A stretch of DNA of 60,116 nt, the filler included, from Squalus acanthias (taxonomy: Eukaryota), in assembly GCA_030390025.1 (NCBI GenBank). It is 3 parts of 3 records of this genome, joined end to end, with 100 filler letters (N's around TTAATTAATTAA, not from the genome) between each part and the next. Parts side by side here need not be neighbours in the genome. Positions count along the whole stretch, not along the records: positions 34,875 to 60,116 come from CM059443.1; 2 more parts are not named here. One strand, given 5' to 3'. The position numbers were made by a program, and so were the translations under genes. The notes beneath the pieces are model-generated. The model was given only the letters and a program-made list of their open reading frames with translations, searched no databases and was not told where the DNA came from. Below, one piece after another: positions 39,620 to 52,794 of the stretch; positions within the stretch are counted from its first letter, which is position 1; every line of letters begins with the position of its first letter.

Positions 39620-42262
39620 TTCATTAATATAGATTGTGAATAGCTGAGGCCCCAGCACTGATCCTTGCGGCACCCCACTAGTTACAGCCTGCTACCTGAA
39701 AACAGACCCGTTTATCCCTACTCTCTGTTTTCTGTCCATTAACCAATCCTCTATCCATTCTACTATATTACTCCCAACCCCATGAGCCCTTATCTTGTGT
39801 AATAACCTTTTATGTGGCACCTTATCGAATGCCTTTTGGAAATCCAAATATACTACATCCACTGGTTCCCCTTTATCTACCCTGCTAGTTACATCCTCAA
39901 AAAACTCTAATAAATTTGCCAAACACGATTTCCCTTTCATAAAACCATGTTGACTCTGCCTAATCATGTTATGATTTTCTAAGTGCCCTGATACCACTTC
40001 CTTAACACTGGATTCCAGCATTTTCCCAACAGCTGATGTCAGGCTAACTGGCCTGTAGTTCCCTGTTTTCTCTCTCCCTCCTTTCTTGAATAGCGGTGTT
40101 ACATTTGCTACCTTCCAATCCGCTGGGACCGTTCCAGAATCTAGGGAATTTTGGAAGGTCAAAACCAATATATCCACTATCTCTTCAGTCACCTCTTCTA
40201 GAACCCTAGGATGTAGGCCGTCAGGTCCAGTGGATTTGTTGGCTTTTAGTCCCATTAATTTCTCAAATACTTTTTCCTCTACTTATATTAATTACGTTAA
40301 GTTCATCACCCTCATTAGACCCTTGGTTCCCCACCATTTTTGGTATGCTTTTTGTGTCTTCTAATGTGAAGACAGATACAAAATATTTGTTTAATGTTTC
40401 TGCCATTTCCTTATTCCCCATAATAATTTCTTTTAATCTAATTTTCCAACCTACCTTAGCCAACTCGCCCTGCATACCTATGTAATTGGCTTTATTTAAG
40501 TTTAAGGGGGAAAAATTCGGTTGATTAGCGCCTCTTAGGGCGCTAACAGGGCACAAAGCAACCAGCGCCCGGCGATGTTTGCGCCGCTCGCAAAATTGAC
40601 CAGACATTTTGTGGCGGCGCTAAACACTACTGCCACAATCACCTGCGCCCGCAGATCATGACTTCAGTCGAGCGTGCAACGTCCCGGGCCGGATATTGAG
40701 TGGCGCCCCCTGCCTTTCCGCCCGCCGCTAGCAACAACAGGTAGAAGGCAACGTTTTGCAGTCGGGAAGGGACTGGGGGAGCGCTATTTAAAGGCGGCCG
40801 CTTCCTGCCTTTTTTTGTCGGCGACATTTTTGCACCACGCATTCTGAGAGAGAGAGAGAGAGAGAAGAGAGACTTCTGGAGAGATTCAACGCTGTGTGAA
40901 GGAGTTTTGGGTACTGAGCAGCACTTTGCAGGCTCACTTTGATTTGACCTTCCTTGCATCGATTTAGAAGAGACTGTGGGGGCTGCACTCTGAGCTCTTT
41001 CCCTGGGCCTCTCCATTGTTCTTTCCAGCAGATTTGATGTACAGGTTTCTCCAGGCCGAGATTCAAGGCTGCAATGAGCAGGGTGTGGCTGGAGAGCAAG
41101 ATCGACTCTCCCCTTTAAGAACTGGCTGGCACCAATCTGTCTATGTTCCATTGCTAACTGACATCACCTGAGCTTCGCCAGCGCTCTGAGGTAGCGCCTC
41201 GCTCCTCGGCGTTAGCGCCTTAAGAGAGGTGTGTAGCGCCTGATTTAGCGCTCAAATCACCTCCAGAGGCAATAGAGGCCAAGTTTGCAGTCGGAGGCGA
41301 TAATTAGCAATACAAGATCTAAAATAGCCTGTTCCCTGGTTGGCTCCATGGCGTATTGTTCTAGGAAACTGTCCCGATAGCATTCCATGAACTTGTCCTC
41401 CAGACTACCTCTGCCAATTTGATTTGTCCAGTCTATATGAAGATTAAAGTTCCCCACGATAATTGCATTACCTGTGTTACAAGCTCCAACTATTTCTTGA
41501 TTAATATTCTGTCCAACGGTATAGCTACTGTTAGGGGGCCTATATACTATCCCCACCTGTATTTTCTGTCCCTTGTTATTCCTTATCTCCACCCATACTG
41601 ATTCTACTTCCTAATCTTCCAAGCCGAGATCCTTTCTCTCTACTGTCCTTGTGTCATCCTTTATTATCAGGGTTACCCTCCACCCTCCTTTTCTCCTTTT
41701 CCATTCTGCCTGTCTTTTCGAAATGTCAAGTACCCTGGAACATTTAGTTCCCAACCTTGGTCACCTTGCAACCACGTCTCTGTAATAGCTATTAGATCAA
41801 ACCCATTTATCTCTATTTGTGCCACTAGTTCGTCTATCTTGTTATGAATGCTTCGTGCATTCAGATAAAGAGCCTTTAATTTAATTTTTTTACCATTATT
41901 CCCTGCTTTGACCTTATTCTGTGCTACCGTTAAACTCTTTGTCCCTTCCTGTCACACTCTGCTTATTTTTACCCAAATCGCTACACTGCTCTATTGCTTT
42001 GACCTTTCTCTTTAGATTTCTAAATTTCCTCTCACCTCACCCATTCCCCCCCCTTTTTTAGTTTAAAGCCTTATCTACAGCCTTAGTTATTTGATTCGGC
42101 AGGACACTGGTCCCTGCCCAGTTTAAGTGGAGTCCGTCCCGGCGGAACAGCTCCCTCTTTCCCCATTACTGGTGCCAGTGCTCCAAGAATTGAAACCCCT
42201 TCTTCCCACACCACTCTTTGAGCCACGCATTTAACTCTCTGATCTGCTTGACCCTATGCCAA
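39620..42262 (-). mobile_element. CR1 LINE: ORF1 end, endonuclease and RT segments, with deletions and an insertion
   Basis: ORF1 esterase-like RVKQIRELNAWLKEWCGKKGFQFLEHWHQ; endonuclease GIVYRPPN...VGNFN; RT YLDFQKAFDKVPH. Confidence 0.92.
40506..41300. mobile_element. Non-autonomous Harbinger-like insertion within the CR1
   Basis: GC-rich non-CR1 block with repeated TTAGCGCC/GGCGCTAA subterminal motifs at both ends. Minus-strand MERPRERA resembles the Myb-like start at 2400-2424. Right boundary uncertain. Confidence 0.55.
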
Positions 42263-42386
42263 GTTCTTCCCCAGCCGCGAGGAGATATCCTTAACCCTGG
42301 CACCGGGCAGGCAACACAGCCTTCGGGACTCTCTTTCATGCTATTCCATACAAGCAGCATTCTTCACTTAATCTTATACTACTTAC

Positions 42387-42611
42387 GTTTGAAAGTTCAT
42401 TGGAGAGGTCCACGTCAGGCCCCAGTCTGGCAGTGTCTGACGGAGTTGGTTCTTGTACAGAAACGTCAGGTGTCACTTCCACCTTCACATCCTCCGACAG
42501 GCAGGCTACATCTCTTTCACTCTCAATTATGTCTGCATCTTGCTGCCAAGACTTGTCTTGCAAAGGCACATTATCCGGCTGTACTGGATCCGCAGACATA
42601 TTTGCTGTGTG
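42387..42611 (-). CDS. SCAPER: SCAPER internal exon
   Basis: 225 nt, phase 0-0, ttacattAG| ... AAC|GTAAGT. Reads HTANMSADPVQ...DTARLGPDVDLSNELSN; its end resembles recalled human EKARIENEMDPSDISN. The acceptor was chosen by frame. Confidence 0.75.
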
Positions 42612-44220
42612 CTAATGTAACATAATGCTTATTAACAAGATGTTTCAATGGCGCTGCAATTATTCAAAACACTGCTATTGATTAAAATACAAAGCTCTTT
42701 TGGCCCAACTCTCCCGAGTTAAAGCTGTACAAAGACAATTTGGATTTGCTTTCATTTAGATACTAATTAGATTAGAAGCACCTTGTAAGTGGGGAGATTC
42801 TGTTGCAGGCTATAAAAGAGAAAGCAGCTGTAGAGGAAAGTGCTTACATGTAAAATAATACCTTCGTATTACAGAACCATTTATAGTTGAATTAGAACAC
42901 CCTGGCTGTGGAATACACCCTATTTACATGGCAGGGTGGATTTGTAAGCACTGGTGGCAGCATAGTGTGGTCACGGACCTTTTCTGACAGCTGAGGAAGG
43001 TATAAACTGGCTAGCTGAAGGAAAAATCACATACCACAACTTACATTTATAAAGCGCCTTGAGCATAAAACAGCCCAATGCACTTCACAAAGCAGAATCA
43101 AAACAAAATGGATGCTGAGCCAAAGGAGTGATTGGGAGGGGTAAGATCTGGGTTTTAAGGAGGGTGTTGAAGAAGATGAAGAGGCGGAGGGATTTCAGAA
43201 GGGAATTCCAGGGCTTGGGCTGCTAATTACTGGGCAGCCTCCCTTGCTCACAGCCAGCAAACCAATAACACCCTCTCTTTCACAGGAAACACTAGAGCTG
43301 GGATGTCCAAACTGCAACCTACAGGTCACACGCTGCCACGAACCCTCGCAATCCAGCCTATGAAGCCCTGGGAACTCCATCTTATACGTGCTTATTTGAC
43401 AGATTGCCCTGTTTGAATTTTTTGGGCCTGAGGGCTTGGCAAAGACTGTTCTCGGCGCTATTGCATAAATGTAAAATCAGAACACCAAAACAAAAATTAG
43501 AATTTACAAATTAATGGGAACATGGATTTAAACTTGACATGTGACCCCGAGGCGCTATGGTATGCATCTAACTGGTCCAAGAAGACAAAAAGCTGAATGC
43601 ACAAGCTTTAATGTTATCTTGAAAGTAACTGGTTAAATGAGAACTTTTCTTTTGCAGATGTATCCCGTTTATCAGGCTCTCACTGTACCAGAATTCCATG
43701 AATTAGAGGCACAGTACTGCAATCGAAAGTTATAACAATAAACCTGAGGGTTAAAAGGTAACTGAGTGTGTTATAAGGCATAAAGTCAAAAGGCAATATT
43801 GCACACTCGAGAATACTTCTGAAATCTGAGCAGTACCTTTATAGCCTGACAACTACAGTCAATATTAAATTCAGTTCAAGAGTATTAAGAGTACAAACCT
43901 GCTTTGTGCTTTTTTGTAATCTATAACTGTTCAGATATCCATCGCTGAAGATTAACCACTGAATTAGCATGAAATAGTGCAATTGGGTGTTTTGTTAAAT
44001 TTGAGCTCATCAAGGTGAGGTATATCAGTGCTATAACACTTTCCATTTCGAGCACCCAGTGTCAGCATCATGTGCTCTCAGATCATTATTTTCTAACACA
44101 TTCAAAATTTTAGCCCCAAGAGTGTAATACAATTAAAATCATTGTCACCCAACCATTCAGTAGCTGATGGTTGGGCGCCAACACATGCACTAACCCTGGA
44201 AACAAACTGTCCTGTGAAGC

Positions 44221-44350
44221 AATTCACAGAGAAGGGGAAACTTTAAGAGCCAAGAATTTAAACATTCATAATACCCAACATAAAATGTCAATTTAATACA
44301 AATGTGTGGTCTCTTGGGCTCTTGAAACGTTCCCCATTTCTGAGTGAATT
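44221..44350. mobile_element. Old MITE-like imperfect inverted repeat
   Basis: AATTCACAGAGAAGGGGAAACTTTAAGAGCCAAGA versus TCTTGGGCTCTTGAAACGTTCCCCATTTCTGAGTGAATT. Confidence 0.5.
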
Positions 44351-46153
44351 ACTGATTTATGATATATGCCAGACATAGAATTTCCCATCAGTGCAGGCTA
44401 TTTCTTCATAAACCTGCAGTAATTGCATCACGGTCGACAATTTTTTTCTGTAAATGCCACCGCACATTAAGGACGTGAAGCGAACGGACAGATGAAGATG
44501 GGACAATGACTGAAATCAGAGTAAAGCTGCTGACTCTGATGCAATTGAAACAATGCACAATATGTTCAGATACCAAGGACTTAGATGCATTGCCCAGTGT
44601 AAAACTGAGCTATACAGAGCAAGTAGTGGTGGTAAAATCCCTTCCCTGAAGGACTGCACTGAACCCGGTGGGGTTTTTTTTTTTTAGGCATTGTCATTTT
44701 TATTGTGGTGCCAGCCTGGATACAAGAAGGGATGCCTAACCAAAGGGAGAAATTAAATCGGGCAGGTGGAGAAACAGAATCTTAAAAAAGTCAATGCAAT
44801 GTTTGAAATCCGACCGCATAACAATGTAATTACGTCTCTAGGTAGGTCATTTTTTTTAAACAAGTAACAAGGGTTACAGCACTGTTGGAACTAGGAGCCA
44901 TCTCGCAAATATGTGAAAGATGAATGTTTCTGCAGTCAGCATTCGACTAGAAAACAGCCAATCCTACTTAAACTAGACTGATGTATCTTCTCATGCATTC
45001 CATTACACCCAAGTCATGTCTCCTTGCCTCGCCTCTCTCCTCCTGAAGGAGCATTTTGTTTCTGTCCACTTTTCTTCTCCACGCCCGTCTACTCAGCCAA
45101 GGTCCATTTCTCCCTCCTTCTGAGGCTCCTCGCTTTGCTTCCTGATCCGAAAGTTTATTTTTGCTTCTCTCCTCTCTAATCGTACCACCAAATGAAACTT
45201 TGCATCTCTACTTCATAATACTGCTTTCCCCTACCACACGCTCCCCTGAGCCAGAGTCCAAATTTCTCTCTCCCTCTGAGGCTCCCCATTATGCTTCCAA
45301 AGCTGTCCTTCACAAATGTATCTTTGCTCCCTTCCAGCATTTGTTCCTGCTGCTGACTCTTCTGAACCTGGGCCCCAACTTCTCGCTTCCTTCATTTAAT
45401 TCCGACTCCAACAGAAGGCAAGAAGTCCGAGTTTGCTTAATTAATTTTACCCGATTCTACATTCTCTACAGTTGATTATTTATTTAATTAATTAATTGCA
45501 ATTAATTTCCCACCCATTCCTCCTTCTCCAAGGCCTCTTTTCATTTATTCCTTTGATACTAGCCTGTTTATTTAATTTAATTAATTAGCCAACCGTTCGA
45601 CTTTAATTGCTTTGCAGACCTGACTCGTCACCAGGAGTAATGTCATCACAGTTGCAAGCAATATGCAGATGACATATTGTAAACCAGTACAAACCTCGAC
45701 TGTACAGTGTGTGTGCAATGTCACAGGCGGTCAACTAGAATAAATGGAAAATTATAATTTAAAAAAAGTTGTGTTACTACTCAAACTTTCCGAACCTGAA
45801 AATTTGCCATTAAAAATTCAGTGTAATTATTGCAATTCACAATCACAGCAAAACTGGAAAATTAAACCAATAACTTAGCCTTGAAGGGGAAATCAAGCAC
45901 TTTCACAAATAAAGATCCACTTATTGCTGGTCTTGGTGCCTTTAAAGAAAAGTGCATATTCACTTTATAACCTTAATTCATTTAATTAGATGCGGTCACG
46001 ATGATTACAGGAAAGCAAGTGCAATACAACTTGCTAAAATCGTGCTAATAATTAGCTGTCTCTAGCGTTTTTTAAAAGTTTTAACAGCTCACTGTCAACA
46101 TGAAATATTGCTAAATATTATAATTTGTTTACTTTGATGTAGCTAGTACATAC

Positions 46154-46422
46154 CTTAAGGCTGTCCACAGACGTGTCTTCATCCTGGTTGATTAACTTTT
46201 CTGGTGTATCTGCCACTCTCTCAGAACTGGGACTAGTTTCTTCAAATTCTATTTTTCCATTCTGTGAGACTGAGAGTCCATTTTCCTTATCACTGTCATC
46301 CTTAAGACTCAGATACACAGTTCCTGAAGTCTTAGCACTGGCATTAGCAGCCATTGTGGCAGAACGCGATCGAGTAGCTCTTCCACGCTGCACCGTCTCC
46401 CATCCTTCCGTATCTTTCCTCT
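46154..46422 (-). CDS. SCAPER: SCAPER internal exon
   Basis: 269 nt, phase 1-0, ttttctacAG| ... AAG|GTATGT. Reads (E)RKDTEGWETVQRGRATRSRS...KDDSDKEN...SLK; GWETVQRGR and KDDSDKEN are SCAPER motifs. Confidence 0.93.
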
Positions 46423-46841
46423 CTGTAGAAAAACGAACAAAGAGAACATGTTGGCAAAATGTAGTGTTAACCTATAGCTGTGCGATTGGAAAAACAGTCA
46501 GCACCATAGAATGGCAAAGAGTAAGTTCGCACCCGTGAACATTACGAGTTCCCAGTCTCAGCTGTACAATGGACATAACTATCCAAACAAAGCTCATATA
46601 TTTTATTCATGGAGATCAAAAAAAAATCTCCAAGGCATTTCTCAAGCCCCTCATTGTTGCTTATACTCTCGGCACAAGTTATCTAAAGAAAGGAGAAAAA
46701 AGAATAAAGACATAGAAAAAAATTAAGACAGTTGGTTCAAATTAAGAAAAGAAAGAATGACCCAAAGCGCTTTACAGCCAAGGAAGTACTTTTTGAAGTG
46801 CAGTCACTGTTGTAATGTAGGAAACACAGCACAAACCGCCA

Positions 46842-48035
46842 AGCTGTTCCAGTTCATTCGCAACTCTCCAGATAATGAAGCAGTCCATGCCCGCATGCAG
46901 CAAGACCTGGGCGACGGTCAGGCTTGGGCTGATAAGTGGCAAGTAACATTCGCGCCACACAAGTGCCAGGCAATGACTATCTCCAACAAGAGAGAGTCTA
47001 ACCATCGCCCCCTGACATTCAACAGCATTACCATCGCCAAATCCCCCACAATCAACATCCTGGGGGTCACCATTGACCAGAAACTGAACTGGACCAGCCA
47101 TATAAATACTGTGGCCACAAGAGCAGGTCAGAGGCTGGGTAATCTGTGGCGAGTGTCTCACCTCCTGACTCCCCAAAGCCTTTCCACCATCTACAGGAAA
47201 CTTTCGTTTATCCGGCACCCTAATATCCGGAATTCTCGCTTAACCGGCAAAAATCAGGTAAGTTTTATTATACAGACAAGACCCCGATTCTGACCTTTCG
47301 CCCCCACGAAAGGGGGGGTCAACGTTCTTCCGACTCCGACCTGTCGCCGCCACGGAGGAAAAAGCCGGAGTCTCGTTTACCTTCCCTCTCCGGGTCCCAA
47401 TTGTTCAGCCTGTGGCCGTGTACGGGGCTCTCGTACCTTGGTAAGTATACCTCTCTGTAATCCGGCACTTTCGATCAACCGGCACCACGCCGGTCCCGTC
47501 GGTGCCGGATAAACGAAAGTTTCCTGTACAAGGCACAAGTCAGGAGTGTGATGGAATACTCTCCACTTGCCTGGATGAGTGCAGCTCCAACAACACTGAA
47601 AGCTACACCATCCAGGACAAAGCAGCCTGCTTGATTGGCACCCCATCCACCACCTTAAACATTCACTCCCTCCACCACCAGCACACCATGGCTGCAGTGT
47701 GTACCATCTACAAGATGCACTGCAGCAACTCACCAAGGCTTCTTTGACAGCACCTCCCAAACCCGCGACCTCTACCACCTAAAAGGACAAGGGCAGCAGA
47801 CGCTTGGGAACACCACCACCTCCAAGTTCCCCACCATCCTGACTTGGAAATATATCGCCGTTCCTTCATCATCGCTGGGTCAAAATCCTGGAACTCCCTC
47901 CCTAACGGCACAGTGGGAGTGCCTTCACCACATGGACTACAGCGGTTCAAGAAGGCAGCTCACCACCACCTTCTCAAGGGCAATTAGGGATGGGCAATAA
48001 ATGCTGGCCTTGCCAGCGACGCCCACATCCCAGGA
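46842..48035 (+). mobile_element. 5'-truncated L2/Crack-like LINE 3' end
   Basis: WADKWQVTFAPHKCQAM...ILGVTIDQKLNWTSHI...LSTIYKAQVRSVMEY after removing the MITE. Clade assignment is tentative. Confidence 0.8.
47194..47526. mobile_element. Tc1/mariner (pogo/Tigger-like) MITE, 333 bp
   Basis: Perfect 26-bp TIR CAGGAAACTTTCGTTTATCCGGCACC; TA duplication at 47192-47193 and 47527-47528; removal restores the LINE frame. Confidence 0.93.
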
Positions 48036-48059
48036 ACGAAAACAAAACAAACAGCAATC

Positions 48060-48372
48060 TCATAATGACCAGATAATCTGTTTTAGTGATGTTGATTGAG
48101 GGATAAATATTGGCCCAGGACACCGGGGAGAACTCCCCTGCTCTTCTTTGAAATAGTGCCATAGGATCTTTTACATCCACCTGAGGGGGCAGACGGAGCC
48201 TCGGTTTAACAACTCATCCGAAAGACGGCACCTTCGACAGTGCAGCACTCCCTCAGTACTGGCACTGGAGTGTCAGCCTAGATTTTTGTGCTCAAGTCTC
48301 TAGAGTGGGACTTGAACCCACAACCTTCTGATTCAGAGGCGAGAGTGCTACCAACTGAGCCACGGCTGACAC
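48060..48372 (-). mobile_element. tRNA-derived Deu-domain SINE (best-preserved copy, 3'-truncated)
   Basis: Minus strand has A box GTGGCTCAGTTGG, B box GGTTCAAGTCCC and Deu core GCCGTCTTTCGGATGAG...TTAAACCGAGG...GATGTAAAAGATCC. Confidence 0.88.
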
Positions 48373-51300
48373 TTATTAACCAATCTGTCTTCTTGTCTAT
48401 GACTGTGTCAATCTAAAACTTTCTGGGAAGGCTTTGCTGACGACTCCATTGGTAAGTACACTCAGATAAAAAACATAAATTGACAATTAAATTGTTGTCG
48501 CTACTCAAACTTTGCTAATCTGAAAATTTGCCACTAAAAATTCAGTGTAATTGATTATTATTGAAAAAGGGGTAATTTACAAAAATGGTATTGTTGAACA
48601 TTGCTAGTGACCAGTTAACTGGTCAACTCTCTGCTGGTCTAATGGGTAAAGGCAGCAGCAAATGCAACGCCAGAAAATCCCAGTTCTGATTGCTAGCCAG
48701 GCAGGAGAAGGTAAACCTGACTGGCCTCATGGCTGGGGGAGTGGGGGCGAAGTGGAGGGCAGGATCAGGGGCGCGGCTGTGATGGTCGGCCTGATTAAAT
48801 AGCTTGGTATTAAAGGGCAAGAATTGCAAGGCTTTACTTGAAGCCTCAACAGACACACATATGCAGGGTGCAGAATCAGGGCCAGAATGTCACGGTCCTA
48901 TCTCTGACCGATGCTCACGTCTAACAAGACGATGCACTGGCAGTTAAGCCTCGCAATTTTTGCCCTTAATTGTCTGGGCTTGCATATGAAGGACAATCAA
49001 TTGTGTTGGTACCAGAGGACAAGGAGTGCTCAGGGAACAAGAGTCAGTGCCGAAAGGAGACAAGGGAAGAAAAGTGTCAAAAATAAAATTAACTAGTTAG
49101 CATACCAAAGTGACACATATCATGCAGAAGTTTTAGTTCTGCAGCAGATTGTGCTATTTCTACAGCTGCTGCATCTATCAGAGATGTTAAACAAAAGAAT
49201 ATCAGTTTTCATCATCCACAAAGCTGGTCATTGCTCTCAAATATCAGAACCTCTGCTATGGTGGGCCTATAACTTTCCCAGCTTCCTTATATACTTATAC
49301 AGTAGTCATGCACAAGCTATGCACAACTGTAGACATAGCAGATGTTTGTGACCTGCCAGCTTTCACCCAGTATGCACTATAAACGCATGGAGACCACCCA
49401 ATCGGAAGATGAAACTCATCAGTATTAAGCATCTGTACAATATCAACACTGTGTGACCTTTAAATTATGAACTTTTAAAATTGAAAGGTTTGCAACAGCC
49501 TGGAGGTAATAGTGGAGGGTGAATCACGCCGAGTCATTCTTGTGCACCCAAGAGCGACAACAGAGGCTGGAAGCAGGCCAACCTAAAGGTAGTGAGAAAA
49601 ACAATTTAGAAAGAAGACCGGAGGTAGACATTTGCACAAATGTTTCCACTACAGAACAAATGTCTAAGTTTTTGTTGAGCAGGCAGGAAAGCAGAGGATT
49701 TGGAGACTGGATTTGAGCAGTTAACCACAAGACGATAGTTGATACTGATGTATGGGATGGACCCTACCAACCAGGCAGAACAGTGTAGTTGAAGAGCTAG
49801 CAGAGGGGGTGGGAGCGGGGGACAGTATGAATATAAGGAGGTAGAAATATTGTTTAAAGCATACATCTCAATCTACAACATGTTAAAAGGAAGGAATTTG
49901 GAATGGTGCTTGGGACAGTAGCACAGCTTCCTCTAGGGCCAGCGGGTTGGCTGCTTTTGCCTGTTTGGAAGTCTTGTGTGCTGCTGCAGCACTGCTTAAT
50001 GTCAGGAGATTCCCAATTAGAAGGACATTGGGAAATACGGTATACACTATAAACAGCTATCAATCTATGAACAGTTGCACTCCAGCTGGAAGATTTTCAA
50101 ATAAACTAGAAGTTTGTGGGATTTTTTCAATGTTAAGGGAAAAAAATTGAATTGTTAGAAAGAAATATTCCAGATTGAGGTTTAAGAACCGCACTGGAGG
50201 GGGAAGGATTCCAGCCCTCTCCAATTGGAAACCCGATGCAAACACTTCATTCAATACTTCATGGCTCACATTTCCAATGCAATTGGTTTACCCGAAGCAA
50301 AGGAACACACATGCACTCGAGAGAAATGTTTCAGGGAATTTATCAAGGAAGCAAGTCCCACATGGCAACATATGATCTTGGTCTTTTGTAGCCAATTATA
50401 ACGTCTCCTTAAAGTATATTAGAGTGCAAATCAATACTTAACGTATGACTAGTTCTGTTACATTTTGTTGGAATTCCCTAAACATCTCTTGAAATTATCC
50501 ATACATTTTTGTGTCGATTCAATGCATCCTTAGCATGAAACACAATTTTAATCTTTCTCAGTCTCCACTGAGTTTGACTAAATTTAGAGACAAAAACCAC
50601 CCCTCTGGTGCCTTCCTTTGGCTTTGCTATCATCTCACTTTAAGTCTTGGGGAGGGGGATCTCAGAATTACAGAAGTAAATACTCATCACCAGCCCCAGT
50701 ACCATATTGAGCAACGCAGGCTAGCGTCAACCAACATGGTTTCAGCCGTGGCTCAGTTGGTAGCACTCTCGCATCTGCAGGTTGTGAGTTAGGGTTCCCA
50801 ACCCTCCAGGAATGACCGGGAGCTTCCCGGAATCGAGGGTACCTCTCCTGGGCACTGCCGCCAACAGCTCGGGAGATCAACTATTTCAATTTCTCGCCAC
50901 CCCCACCACGTCACTAGCCGCTGTTACACCCTCAGGTTCAGCAACGTCACCTGACCACCACCGCAGTGAGCTGCGACCACGTACAGCGCAGTTGGCAGGG
51001 GACTGGAGAGTTGGGAATCGGGAAGCTCAGGAATCGGGAAAGATGGAGACTGGTGAATGGGGGCTCAGGGTGAAAGATGGAAACGGGGATTGGGAGCAAG
51101 AGAGATGGAGATCGAAATTGGGATCAGAGGGAAGGATGGAGGTGAGAATGGGACTGGGCGTGGAAAGAGATGTGGAGACTGGGAAATTGGGGCTCAGGGG
51201 AGACATGGGAACTAATGGTCTGGGGATTAAGGCTCAAGCGAGAGGGTGGAAATGATTTGGGAGTGGGACCAGCATTTCCCACAGAGCCAGCAGCAGCAAC

Positions 51301-51715
51301 TGCAAGGTAGTGAGTGAAAGTGGCACCGAGAGAGGAGCAGCCAGTAAAGGGGTGAGTGAAACCTGGGGACCTTACTGTGGGTAAATAATGAAAGATTATT
51401 TCCATTGGTGGGTGAATGGGGCAGTATGGAACGGAAAACAAGGATTCTCACTGGAAGGGAGGGAGGAGGAAAGTTCTTGAACTGAGGGCTATTACATCGT
51501 GGGATACTTCACCACATGTGGTTATTGAGGTGGAAACTAAAACTTCATTTCCAAGAGAATGGGATATATATTTAAAAAGGAGGAATATAAAAAGATCTTG
51601 GGGCTGGGGGGGGGGTGGTGAAATGGGGCTGACAGGAGAGAATGTAAGCCTTCCGAATGGCCTCCTCCTGTGCTAAAATTTCTAGAATTCTATGAAAATC
51701 TACCTTTATTGAGCC

Positions 51716-52690
51716 CGATGGTTTGGAGTTCGACTCCAAACCATCGTCAACACCTTCACCGAAGCGTACGAGAGCATGGGCCTTACACTAAACATCCGTA
51801 AGACAAAAGTCCTCTACCAACCTGCCCCCGCCACACAGTACTGCTCCACGATTATCAAAATCCACGACGAGGCCTTGGACAATGTGGACCACTTTCCATA
51901 CCTCGGGAGCCTACTGTCAACAAGGGCAGACGTCGATGATGAAATCCAACACCGCCTTCAGTGTGCCAGTGCAGCCTTCGGTTGCCTGAGGAAGAGTGTT
52001 TGAAGACCAGGACCTCAAACCCAGCACCAAGCTCATGGTCTACAGAGCAGTAGTGATACCCGCCCTCCTGTATGCTTCAGAGACATGGACCATGTACAGC
52101 AGGCACCTCAAAGCACTGGAGAGGTACCACCAACGCTGCCTCCTCAAGACCCTGCAAATCCATTGGCAGGATAGGCGCACCAACGTCAGTGTTCTCGCTC
52201 AAGCCAACATCCCAGCATCGAAGCTTTGACCACGCTCGATCAGCTCCGATGGACGGGCCAGATCGTCCGCATGCCCGATACGAGACTCCCAAAACAAGCG
52301 CTCTACTCGGAGCTCCGACACGGCAAGAGAGCCCCAGGTGGGCAGAGGAAACGCTTCAAGGACACCCTCAAAGCCTCCTTGAAAAAGTGCAACATCCCCA
52401 GCGACACCTGGGAATCCCTGGCCCAAGACCGTACAAAGTGGGGGAGAAGCATCCGGGAAGGCGCCGAACACCTCGAATCTCTTCGCCGGGAGCAAGCGGA
52501 AGCCAAGTGCAAGCAGCAGAAGGAGCGCACGTCAACCCAAGCACCCCATCCACCCGCCCCTTCAACCACCGTCTGCCCCACCTGTGACAGAGACTGTAGG
52601 TCCCGCATTGGACTCATCAGTCACCTGAGAACTCATTTTTAGTGCAGAAGCAAGTCATCCTCGGTTCCGAGGGACTGCCTAAGAAGCAGC
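51716..52690 (+). mobile_element. RTE-clade LINE, 5'-truncated, frameshifted
   Basis: ORFs 51776-52003, 51996-52229 and 52226-52642: GLTLNIRKTKV, FPYLGS, LLYASETW, LRWTGQIVRMPDTRLPKQ and C-terminal CPTCDRDCRSRIGLISHLRTH. Confidence 0.92.
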
Positions 52691-52794
52691 TATACTTATG
52701 GTTAATTAAAAATATATAACATCTGTCAAGTTCAAATAACCACTAAATGAGTTCAACTCTCGATATAAAGACCTTTGAAAATATTCTAATTTAT

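Noticed and set aside
32683-42611. Apparent in-frame SCAPER-vigilin fusion (same strand, phase 0 to phase 0)
   Set aside because: The two genes are separated by an artificial linker at 34775-34874.
48300-48372. tRNA-like sequence with A and B boxes
   Set aside because: It is the head of a Deu SINE, continuous with the SINE body; not a tRNA gene.
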